Positions 37,435 to 45,184 are shown, counted from the stretch's first letter. The stretch: 64,000 bases of DNA from Schwartzia sp. (in: firmicutes) (GCA_017480545.1 JAFVAI010000012.1:5452-69451); one strand, 5' to 3'. The notes: generated by a model not told the origin, from the letters alone. Program-made: numbers and translations.

Positions 37435-38604
37435 TCAACTGAAAATGGACGAGAACAGGTTTTTGACGCCGTTCACAATGCTGCGGCCTACGGACTTGAC
37501 GCCTTCCCATGCGCGCTTCAGGACTGGCTTCGCGACTTCCGCGATTTTGTGGACGGCTTTTCCGATGGCTTTTCCGATGGTGGAACCGCCGATTCGTCCG
37601 ACGACGCCGCCGACGAAATTGCCTACCGCCATTCCAACCGGCATCAAAACGGGCATCACAGAGCCGACCATCATGCCGAGCGCTTGGCCTGCCTTTTTCC
37701 CTAACTGCTCGCCAAGATGTCCGCATACATTGGAAGCCTGCACCGTAGCGACACGCCCCATGAGATTCAAGGCTTGACCGCCGCTAATGTCGCCATCCGC
37801 GAACTGCATCACGATTTTTGCCTGTTCCACACCCGCACAGGCAAGGCCGGATACAATCGCAGCAGGGGTGCTTTTCGGCAGGAAGGGAATATATCCTTTC
37901 TCTATGCCGGCTTTGAGCGCTGCGGACGCCGCTTCCTTTACCCCCTGATCCTCGCCGCTTCTGAGAGCGTCCCCGACCTTCTTCAAATTTTGGACGTTTT
38001 CCCCCAAGGGGATGTTTTCCGCCATCTTCCAACCCGTGCGCAGGACTGTACTGGCAAGGCTTGATACCTCGACCTCTTTGCCGAGCTGCAAGGCGAGTTC
38101 ATGGGTGTTTGCCGCGTCCCATTCCTGCTCGCCATTTTCCTCAAAATCGGAAGGCTGCTCCCGTGTGCCTTCAATCGCTTCTTGGTTGGCTTGATGCAGC
38201 TCCGTATTTGCTTCAGCGAGATATGTTCCGTAATCCGATACATTGACGCCGATCGTAGATTCTTGCAGCTTTCCTTCCAGCCATTCCTCTTTCGATTTTC
38301 CCTCGGCGCAAGCCTCATGGATAGAAGCCATGTCCGCGTCCCATGCGGCGACGCTCGTGTGAATCTCTTTTCGTATGGCCTGGATTTCTTCCTCTGACCG
38401 TTCCGGCAGTTCGTCTTTCAGCGGAGCGTCCAGCCAGGCAGATTCATCGTCCTGCTCTGATTCTTCATAGGCTTTCATGAATCGCCCCATAATCGGGGCC
38501 AGCCGCTCGGCTGTTTTTTCATCAAACCCTTTGACGGAATCGGCAGTACCCTCGGAAATATCTTTGTATTCCTCTTCCGGTGCGGTATGTCGGTCGTTTG
38601 TCAT
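37435..38604 (-). CDS. Hypothetical protein with an acidic N-terminal region and a C-terminal glycine-zipper / amphipathic segment
   Basis: GMMVGSVMPVLMPVGMAVGNFVGGVVGRIGGSTIGKAIGKAV near the C-terminus. GAGGTGAG RBS. Confidence 0.65.
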   Translation of the reverse strand: MTNDRHTAPEEEYKDISEGTADSVKGFDEKTAERLAPIMGRFMKAYEESEQDDESAWLDAPLKDELPERSEEEIQAIRKEIHTSVAAWDADMASIHEACAEGKSKEEWLEGKLQESTIGVNVSDYGTYLAEANTELHQANQEAIEGTREQPSDFEENGEQEWDAANTHELALQLGKEVEVSSLASTVLRTGWKMAENIPLGENVQNLKKVGDALRSGEDQGVKEAASAALKAGIEKGYIPFLPKSTPAAIVSGLACAGVEQAKIVMQFADGDISGGQALNLMGRVATVQASNVCGHLGEQLGKKAGQALGMMVGSVMPVLMPVGMAVGNFVGGVVGRIGGSTIGKAIGKAVHKIAEVAKPVLKRAWEGVKSVGRSIVNGVKNLFSSIFS

Positions 38605-38616
38605 TTCGTTCTCACC

Positions 38617-38784
38617 TCACGCTTTCGACGCCTTGATTTTTCCCTGCCCATATTCCACCATGTACCGCTTTTTGCAGTGCGAGCAAGTTCCTCTCGTGCG
38701 GCTGATGCTCGATGTGTCCACATTATACGGGCCGAGCTTCTTTTGCTTGCAATGGGGGCAAGATACATATTTTGACAATGCCAT
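38617..38784 (-). CDS. 55-aa zinc-ribbon protein (absent from the ORF track)
   Basis: Hand translation: MALSKYVSCPHCKQKKLGPYNVDTSSISRTRGTCSHCKKRYMVEYGQGKIKASKA. GGAGGG RBS. Sits 16 nt after the AAA+ stop and 12 nt before the next start. Confidence 0.6.
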   Translation of the reverse strand: MALSKYVSCPHCKQKKLGPYNVDTSSISRTRGTCSHCKKRYMVEYGQGKIKASKA

Positions 38785-38800
38785 AGCCGTTTCCCTCCGA

Positions 38801-40327
38801 TCAGCTTATAGAGGCGTTCTTGAAATGACGCTCCTGATAGACCTTGGCCATCTTCTCGATGGACTCCTTCATGATCTCCGACAGCGACGCCGTGCTGCGG
38901 ATCGCCGAGAGCAAAAGCTCCGTCGTCAATTTGGGCTTGTCTTGTGTGAACGCCGCTTCGATGGCGTCCTTTACCACGCCTTCAATATCCGAGCCGCTGT
39001 ATCCGTTTGTTTCCTTCACCAGCGCCGAGAGGTCGATGCCCGCGAGGTCTTTCTTTCTGCGCTTGCCGATATGAATGGAGAAAATCTTTTCCCTTTCTTG
39101 GGGATTCGGCAATCCGACATAGAAAATCTCGTCAAAACGCCCTTTCCGCAGAAGCTCCGGCGGCAAATGCTCGATGTTGTTCGCCGTAGCCACCACAAAG
39201 GCCAGTCCTTCCTTCTCCTGCATCCATGTCAGGAACGTGCCGAAAAGCCGTGTCGTCACCTCATGGCCGCCGCCTCCGCTGCTGATCCCCGCGAAGGCTT
39301 TTTCCAACTCGTCAATCCAGAGCACGCAAGGAGAAATAGCCTCCGCCAAAGCAATCGCCTGTCGAAGATTCGCTTCCGATTCGCCGACGTATTTTCCCAT
39401 CAGCCGTCCCATGTCGAGCCGGAGCAGAGGCACTTCAAAGAGCGCGGCGGCGGCTTTCGCGTTCAGCGATTTCCCGCAGCCGGGCAGTCCCGCAATCAAT
39501 ACGCCCTTCGGCAAGTCCACGCCGAAGGCTTCGGCCTTGTCGATGTTCTTCAAAACCTTTGCCTTTTGCTTCAGCCATGCTTTGAGATTTTCCAGACCGC
39601 CGATGTCCTCGATGCGCTCTTTCAGCGGCACCATTTCCATGATGCCCGATTTCTGCACAAGCTGTTTCTTTTGCTCGTGGCTCAGCGCGAGGTCGGCGCG
39701 CCCGATTTCCCCGTTGTCCGCCAACGCCAGCGAAAGGATATTGATAATCTCGAATTCCGGCAAGCCTTTGAAGGCAAGGGCCAGTTCCCGCAGAAAATCT
39801 TCATGCAGCGCGTCCAAGCCTTGCTCTTCGCAGAAGCGGACGATAATTTTTCGGATTTCCTCTGCCGAGAGGTAATCAACCGTCAGAATCGTGATGTAAT
39901 GCTCCAACTCCTTCGGGATGCACGTCCTCGGAGCGATAATCACGATATTCGCGTCCGTGAGCTGTCCCGACACGATGCGCTCGGACAGATATTTGAGCTG
40001 TGCCACCACGTCCGGCGCCTCCAAGAACTGCTGCGCGTCCTTCAAGACCAGCACCCGACGCCGAAGATCATAACGCGCCGCAAACTTTTCGCTGCCTGTC
40101 TGGTTCGGGTTGGCGAAATTTCCCAATGCTTCGGGGAGCGTAACGCCGTCCACTTTTTCCTTCGATTGTTTGAAGAGCAATCCGCGCACGTTCCACTCGA
40201 CGACCTCGCGGTTTCCCGCCGCTTCCTCGATGGCGCGGTCGGCCTTGTCCTCCTCAAAGGTTGCGATGTAGAGAATCGGGAAGCCTGCATCCATATAGAG
40301 CGTCATGCGCTCCGATAGTGGTTTCAT
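38801..40327 (-). CDS. Classical-clade AAA+ ATPase with an unassigned N-terminal domain of about 240 aa
   Basis: Walker A GLPGCGKS, Walker B VLWIDELE, ATANN, PPELLRKGRFD. The ATG at 40327 follows AGGAGG (the track ORF extends to 40540 without support). Confidence 0.9.
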   Translation of the reverse strand: MKPLSERMTLYMDAGFPILYIATFEEDKADRAIEEAAGNREVVEWNVRGLLFKQSKEKVDGVTLPEALGNFANPNQTGSEKFAARYDLRRRVLVLKDAQQFLEAPDVVAQLKYLSERIVSGQLTDANIVIIAPRTCIPKELEHYITILTVDYLSAEEIRKIIVRFCEEQGLDALHEDFLRELALAFKGLPEFEIINILSLALADNGEIGRADLALSHEQKKQLVQKSGIMEMVPLKERIEDIGGLENLKAWLKQKAKVLKNIDKAEAFGVDLPKGVLIAGLPGCGKSLNAKAAAALFEVPLLRLDMGRLMGKYVGESEANLRQAIALAEAISPCVLWIDELEKAFAGISSGGGGHEVTTRLFGTFLTWMQEKEGLAFVVATANNIEHLPPELLRKGRFDEIFYVGLPNPQEREKIFSIHIGKRRKKDLAGIDLSALVKETNGYSGSDIEGVVKDAIEAAFTQDKPKLTTELLLSAIRSTASLSEIMKESIEKMAKVYQERHFKNASIS

Positions 40328-40351
40328 AAAGCTATACCTCCTTTTTGATGA

Positions 40352-40380
40352 TTGCTTTTTCGGCGTTCTTGCTTTATGAT
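40352..40380 (+). promoter_or_regulatory. Promoter of AbrB-PIN cassette 2 (TTGCTT-17-TATGAT)
   Basis: Conserved with 35465-35493. Lies in the 85-bp divergent region shared with the AAA+ operon. Confidence 0.55.
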
Positions 40381-40412
40381 ATACATACAAGAACGAAACG
40401 GGGGTGTTCTCC

Positions 40413-40724
40413 ATGTTTGCGGAAGTCATGGACAATGGACAGATTGCTTTGCCGCTCTCCCTTATGAACCAACTGGAATGGAAATCCGGGGATAAACTGG
40501 ATATGGTCTTGGAAAATGGGGAACTGCGCTTGCGTGGCATCGAAAAGCCTAAGGAAAAGGAATTTTTTTACATGAAAGACGAGAACGAAACAGATTCTGT
40601 TCTTCTGGCATTTGAGAACTTGGCGCAAGCATGCAAAGGGGCTGCCGAAGAAGCGGGATTCAAGAATGAAGAAGAACTGCAAGCATATTTAAGTTCATTT
40701 CGCAGGAAGGTACGGGAGGGCTGA
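40413..40724 (+). CDS. AbrB/MazE/SpoVT-type antitoxin, paralogue
   Basis: GQIALPLSLMNQLEWKSGDKLDMVLENGELRL. Start chosen by alignment to the 35527 paralogue. Confidence 0.75.
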   Translation: MFAEVMDNGQIALPLSLMNQLEWKSGDKLDMVLENGELRLRGIEKPKEKEFFYMKDENETDSVLLAFENLAQACKGAAEEAGFKNEEELQAYLSSFRRKVREG

Positions 40725-40726
40725 CA

Positions 40727-41134
40727 TTGCGCGTTCTGCTTGATACCAACATTCTAATCTCGGCGGCTATATTCCCTTCGCCGGTCACCAAAGATTTTTT
40801 GTGGCAGCTTCGTGCCTTGAATGCAAAAATCTTTCTGTGCAACCATATCGTAAAAGAGTTTGTGGACGTGTACCAGGAGAAATTTCCCCATAAACAGGTT
40901 GCCGCGCAACGTTTTCTAAAAGAATTACCCTATCACATGATTCCTGCCTCAGAGCTACAGACCAATGATTCGGTTTCTTCAATCCGCGACGTCAATGACG
41001 CGCCTATCCTCACTGCGGCAATAAAAGGAAACGTGGACATCCTTGTAACGGGAGATAAAGATTTCTTGGTGCTTGACCTTCCGAAGCCGAAAATTATGAC
41101 CATGGCAGAATTTATTGCTACATACGATTCTTGA
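40727..41134 (+). CDS. PIN-domain toxin, paralogue
   Basis: LLDTNILIS, VNDAPILTAAI, LVTGDKDF. TTG start after GGGAGGG. The 3-prime end is nearly identical to the 35843-36250 gene. Confidence 0.85.
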   Translation: MRVLLDTNILISAAIFPSPVTKDFLWQLRALNAKIFLCNHIVKEFVDVYQEKFPHKQVAAQRFLKELPYHMIPASELQTNDSVSSIRDVNDAPILTAAIKGNVDILVTGDKDFLVLDLPKPKIMTMAEFIATYDS

Positions 41135-41148
41135 AGCTGATTTCATCC

Positions 41149-41186
41149 AAAGCGGCGGCACGGCACTTTTGCCGTGCCGCCGTTTT
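41149..41186. terminator. Bidirectional terminator AAAGCGGCGGCACGGCACTTTTGCCGTGCCGCCGTTTT
   Basis: GC-rich stem between convergent genes. Confidence 0.8.
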
Positions 41187-41196
41187 AGAGTACTTT

Positions 41197-42363
41197 TTAT
41201 TTTTTCTTTTTGGAGAAAAGAGCTTTCATATTTTTAAGACAGTTACTTATGCAAATTGCGGTCGTTCTAGTGCCAAGCATATTCGTATATGCTATCGCAT
41301 TTCCTGTTCCTTCACTTGGCCAGTTGAAGCAGTAAGTATTATCCAATAACGCAGACTCATACGCAGTGATAATTGCATCGTCATGTTCAAAATCCCTAAT
41401 GCAAAAACTATCTTTCGTAAAAGCCCAACCAGTCGTCATATTTTCTGAGATACGGAGCTGAAGTAAATCTTCTTCCGCATATTTGTCATCGCAAATCAAG
41501 CTCAATGCCAACGCCTTTTGCTCTTGAGTAAATTTCGTACTGGTTACCTCCCCGCCCCTGGGCCAAGCTATCATCAAAAATGTGTCATTTGCGTCTACTC
41601 CCAGCATTTCCAAATCATCTTTGAAGGTTGACGCGAACATCGCTTTCATCTGCGTTTTTGGCACTACCCACATTGTTCCTGATGAACTTTCCTGTGCATC
41701 CATCGATGCCCCGCAACTATTGCAAAATTTCGCCCCCGCCGCATTATCCGCGCCGCACTTCGGGCAAGGTTTCGTCTCCTCGTTCTTGACCGTTTCTTTC
41801 TTGCCCCACGGCAGTCTCACATTCTCAAACACAATCCCTTTCGCGTCCAAATCTTCCTGCGAGTTCGCCTTGATGCTGATGGTCGGCGTGCCGAGAACGC
41901 CAATATATTTCTTATTCTTCACCCGCGCAGGGATATTGAAGCTGTCGCCGCAGAGATAAATTACCGGCTCGTCCATATCGAGCAAATCCGCCAAATCCTC
42001 CTGCGTCAAGGCCGTCTTGTCGGCGTTGGCGATGATTGCCTCATCGCTCGTTTTCTGCCGCAGGACGGCTTTTTTCTCGTTCAGGCGCTCCAATGCGCCC
42101 ACGTCCAAATCCTCATCGCCCGCGCACTCCACGCCCAATGCCTCACACAGACGCGCTCGCAGGTCGGGCGCGTCCTTGTCGATAGCGTCCAACGCTTCCG
42201 CTTCATCTTCATAATAACGGTCTTCCAGCCACTCCGTCAGCTTGCCCGACAGGAAATAGCCCACAGCTTTTTCGAGGTCGAAGTTCTCGCGCAGCTCATC
42301 CAAGCTGTTCCGTACCTTCGCGCCATCTTTCATTTCCAATGCGAATTTGATTTTTCGTGCCAT
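41197..42363 (-). CDS. Hypothetical protein with a central double zinc ribbon
   Basis: CPKCGADNAAGAKFCNSCG flanked by an N-terminal helical domain and an unassigned C-terminal domain of about 160 aa. Confidence 0.65.
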   Translation of the reverse strand: MARKIKFALEMKDGAKVRNSLDELRENFDLEKAVGYFLSGKLTEWLEDRYYEDEAEALDAIDKDAPDLRARLCEALGVECAGDEDLDVGALERLNEKKAVLRQKTSDEAIIANADKTALTQEDLADLLDMDEPVIYLCGDSFNIPARVKNKKYIGVLGTPTISIKANSQEDLDAKGIVFENVRLPWGKKETVKNEETKPCPKCGADNAAGAKFCNSCGASMDAQESSSGTMWVVPKTQMKAMFASTFKDDLEMLGVDANDTFLMIAWPRGGEVTSTKFTQEQKALALSLICDDKYAEEDLLQLRISENMTTGWAFTKDSFCIRDFEHDDAIITAYESALLDNTYCFNWPSEGTGNAIAYTNMLGTRTTAICISNCLKNMKALFSKKKK

Positions 42364-42391
42364 AGTTGTTTCCTCCTATTCGTTTATACAT

Positions 42392-42721
42392 TTATCCTTC
42401 ATACCCTTTCGGATATTTGACATACAGACCGTACCGCTCCTGCGGGATTTTGGCGTTCATAATGTACGCGCGGGTTTCCGCAAGGCTTCTTTGCAGCCGC
42501 AAAAGCTCCTCTTTGGATTGCCGCACCTTTTGGGCTTTCTTCGGATCGTCCAGCCATTTCAGCGCCGTTTCCACAGGGTCGATGAGCTTGTAGAGGTCTT
42601 CAATCAAGTAAACCTTGTCGTCGGTTGAGGTGATGGCCTCCGCTTCGGCCCGGATGATGTCGATGTCCTTCTGCGATATGGTTTTGCAGGGTTCTTCGTC
42701 CCCGAAAATGCTCCAGCTCAT
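42392..42721 (-). CDS. Hypothetical protein (109 aa)
   Basis: The ATG at 42721 follows AAGGGGGA. The ORF ends 28 nt before the downstream zinc-ribbon gene starts. Confidence 0.55.
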   Translation of the reverse strand: MSWSIFGDEEPCKTISQKDIDIIRAEAEAITSTDDKVYLIEDLYKLIDPVETALKWLDDPKKAQKVRQSKEELLRLQRSLAETRAYIMNAKIPQERYGLYVKYPKGYEG

Positions 42722-42822
42722 CGTGTTTCCCCCTTTCATCATCGAGTATACAAAATGGGTTCGTCAGATTCTGACGAAGTGAAAATAAAATTGAAAAAAC
42801 GCCGAAAATTTTTTCTCAGCGT

Positions 42823-43437
42823 TCATAAAAGCGTAAAAGATCGAATTGCGGACAGCGGGTATTCCTGCGGAATCTCGCTGCCTGTAGCGGCCTGCAAAGC
42901 AATCCGCCCATCGGCAAAGGAAAGACGCAGAGGCAGAGTGTCCCTGCCCGATTCATCGTCTTCCATGAACAATCGAATCTTTTGCTGTCGGTTAATGACA
43001 AGGTTCAAGTCCCAAATCATTTTCAGCAGGGAAGGAGCAGCGGGGAGAGAGCCGCTTTCTTTGCTCATCCGAAAAACGGTCTTTTGCAAATGGCCGCGCT
43101 CGTCTGCCGGAAGATTTGTCAAAAGCCCCTGTAATATCGAAGCGACGTCGCTTTCGCCAAAGGCGTGGCTTTCAAAAAGCAACAGCATCAAGGGCAGGAT
43201 GTTCATGCCGCGCAGCTTTTCATTTTTAATGCCGGACAGATAATAGCTGCGGTCAGTCGCATCGTAAAGAAGTTCATGGGGCGCAAAGGTTTCCGAGAGC
43301 ATAAGCCGCACGGATTCGATATAGCGGTCAAAGGAGCGGCGTCCAACGGAAAACTCGTCCATGAACAGGCGTTTCGTGACTCTCTCGCCGCGAAGCAGAC
43401 GATGGTAAAGAATCAGAACTCGATCCGCCTTGTTCAA
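42823..43437 (-). CDS. HTH plus WYL-like domain transcriptional regulator
   Basis: N-terminal wHTH (RVLILYHRLLRGERVTKRLFMDEFSVGRRSFDRYI). C-terminal segment PLRLSFADGRIALQA...YPLSAIRSF resembles a WYL domain. Confidence 0.6.
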   Translation of the reverse strand: MNKADRVLILYHRLLRGERVTKRLFMDEFSVGRRSFDRYIESVRLMLSETFAPHELLYDATDRSYYLSGIKNEKLRGMNILPLMLLLFESHAFGESDVASILQGLLTNLPADERGHLQKTVFRMSKESGSLPAAPSLLKMIWDLNLVINRQQKIRLFMEDDESGRDTLPLRLSFADGRIALQAATGSEIPQEYPLSAIRSFTLL

Positions 43438-43507
43438 GGTGTGCGCCTCCTTTCATCGTTTTTCCTATACTACTCGCCGTTAAAAAGTGGAGCTTTTTTA
43501 CGGCGAG

Positions 43508-43560
43508 TGCATGAGATTGTCAGACGCGCTTTAGCGCGGCTGTAGCCTGCGAAGCAGGCG
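43508..43560 (-). repeat. Inverted copy of the 53-bp element X
   Basis: TGCATGAGATTGTCAGACGCGCTTTAGCGCGGCTGTAGCCTGCGAAGCAGGCG is the reverse complement of 28851-28903, with 1 indel and 2 substitutions. Confidence 0.85.
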
Positions 43561-43602
43561 TAAATCTTCGCTTGAATGTCTACATTTAAGCGAAGATTAG
43601 TA

Positions 43603-43926
43603 TTAAAAGCGACGATTCACGACCCAGCTATGCGGGCCGCCGTTTGTTTTGCGTGGGCAACGTCCCGGTTCCGGTCGTCCGCGGCTTTGTGAAAGCATCT
43701 TTTTCTGTCCGCAAAAGCGGCACATATACTCAATCATCTTTGAAGGCGCAGACTTCACGCCGCTTGTTGCCGCTTTCCAGCGGCGATTTACAGACCAACT
43801 GTGCGGGCCTCCGCTCTTTCGCGGATTTCGCGGGCAATGCCCCGGCTCCGGTCGTCCGCGGCTTTGGAAGGACATCTGCTTTTTCCCGCAGAAACGGCAC
43901 ATATATTCAATGCTGTCCGAGGCCAT
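43603..43926 (-). CDS. Internally duplicated zinc-ribbon miniprotein (two modules of about 50 aa)
   Basis: Two copies of IEYMCRFCGxKxMxxQSRGRPEPGxCPRxxxxGGPHSWxVNRR. The start is uncertain (ATG at 43926 or GTG at 43935). Confidence 0.55.
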   Translation of the reverse strand: MASDSIEYMCRFCGKKQMSFQSRGRPEPGHCPRNPRKSGGPHSWSVNRRWKAATSGVKSAPSKMIEYMCRFCGQKKMLSQSRGRPEPGRCPRKTNGGPHSWVVNRRF

Positions 43927-43954
43927 AAGAATCACCAGCGTTTCTTTATGAGTA

Positions 43955-44159
43955 TATATAGTTTCTGTTTGATAATTGCTAAATCACCTTGCCCTCCCCT
44001 TGAGGGGAGGGTGGCGCCCGTAGGGCGACGGGTGAGGTGGAAACGAAATGTTTCGCTTTCGTTCATCGTTGCGTTTAACACCTCATCCGTCAGCCGTTGG
44101 CTGACACCTTCCCCTCAAGGGGAAGGCAAGATTAGCGAATTTTAATCATAAACTATATA
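43955..44159. mobile_element. MITE-like element (about 205 bp) with imperfect terminal inverted repeats of about 55 bp
   Basis: TATATAGTTTCTGTTTGATAATTGCTAAATCACCTTGCCCTCCCCTTGAGGGGAGGGTG pairs with CACCTTCCCCTCAAGGGGAAGGCAAGATTAGCGAATTTTAATCATAAACTATATA. Each arm contains its own hairpin. No coding capacity. Confidence 0.5.
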
Positions 44160-44170
44160 GAAGAAAGATA

Positions 44171-44207
44171 GAGGGATACATTGATTGCTTTTTGCAATGT
44201 ATCCCTC
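44171..44207 (-). terminator. Terminator of the AT-rich operon
   Basis: Perfect 13-bp stem GAGGGATACATTG / CAATGTATCCCTC downstream of the 44236 stop, followed by a T-rich run on the minus strand. Confidence 0.7.
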
Positions 44208-44235
44208 CCTTGTGTAGGATTCAAATTAAGGCTTG

Positions 44236-44499
44236 CTATCTACCTGTCAATATCCTTCTTGAACGACTATCCAAAGGTGAACCGTCCATGGGATTAAGGC
44301 CACGTTCAATGAGTACATCTTCCATGATTAAACTTCTGACGCTCCCTAACATTTCCTTGCCGTGTAATCTAACCAGCTTTGCCGAAGACAGTTCTTCATA
44401 TTGTTCTTTAATGTCAAATACATCTTCTCTTGACAATTTTTTCCCATCGTCATCATAGTCTGGAAACATATACGGATCTGAAACCCATCGTCTGCTCAT
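44236..44499 (-). CDS. Hypothetical protein (87 aa), gene 5 of the AT-rich operon
   Basis: AAGGA RBS. Starts 15 nt after the upstream stop. Confidence 0.55.
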   Translation of the reverse strand: MSRRWVSDPYMFPDYDDDGKKLSREDVFDIKEQYEELSSAKLVRLHGKEMLGSVRSLIMEDVLIERGLNPMDGSPLDSRSRRILTGR

Positions 44500-44514
44500 A
44501 ATAACACATCCTTT

Positions 44515-44808
44515 TCATTTATTATTTTTTAGGTTCTCCTTAAAAGAATTAATTTTATCCAACATCATTTTTGAATCAGTCAAATATTCTTTTTTCATCC
44601 CTTCTTTTATCGATTCTTCTCTCTCATCAACCACCTCGTGAAATTTTTTTAAATTATCGCTTATTTCCTGTCGCTTAATCTTTTCTTCAATAAACACCTT
44701 TGACAAATATTCCTGGTCACGTTTTATCTGAGCGTTAAGTTCATCTTGCTCATTCTGTTTTTGCCCGTCAGCTGCAACAGTAGAATCTTTTCTTTTGGCA
44801 TCATTCAT
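44515..44808 (-). CDS. Hypothetical coiled-coil protein (97 aa), gene 4
   Basis: The ATG at 44808 lies 1 nt after the stop of gene 3, with GAGGT upstream. K/E-rich heptad-like sequence. Confidence 0.55.
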   Translation of the reverse strand: MNDAKRKDSTVAADGQKQNEQDELNAQIKRDQEYLSKVFIEEKIKRQEISDNLKKFHEVVDEREESIKEGMKKEYLTDSKMMLDKINSFKENLKNNK

Positions 44809-44809
44809 A

Positions 44810-45184
44810 TCAATACCTCGATGTTTTTCCGGCGTCATTAACTTTCTCTGCTAATTCTACGCCCTTCCCAGAATATAACTTATGTGCTTCCATATACAAC
44901 GATAATACATGCTTGAATAAGTCTTTATCGGATTTTATGCTTTGATCCTTCATCAACTCATTCAAGGTGTTAAGCGCGTTCATTGCAAGTTCGTGGTTAT
45001 CTGATAAGATAACATTCAATGCGTCATAGTTTTTTTCGATAACGGTCAATGCTGCATCTAAACGAGCAGCAATTTCTGCCCGTTTCGTTTTTTCTTGTTC
45101 GCGACACGCCAGATATTGAGCGCCAGCACTGACGGCTTCCTTGACAACCGGTGCCACTGCTGTAACTACCGCTACTGGTACCAT
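44810..45184 (-). CDS. Hypothetical helical protein with a hydrophobic N-terminus (124 aa), gene 3
   Basis: MVPVAVVTAVAPVV N-terminus. TAATG stop/start overlap with gene 2. Confidence 0.55.
   Translation of the reverse strand: MVPVAVVTAVAPVVKEAVSAGAQYLACREQEKTKRAEIAARLDAALTVIEKNYDALNVILSDNHELAMNALNTLNELMKDQSIKSDKDLFKHVLSLYMEAHKLYSGKGVELAEKVNDAGKTSRY

Noticed and set aside
43801-44145. 114-aa ORF spanning the MITE-like element
   Set aside because: It reads through inverted repeats and hairpins (the PLEGRV / SPQGEGK translations are repeat artefacts). It has no RBS and is not supported as coding.
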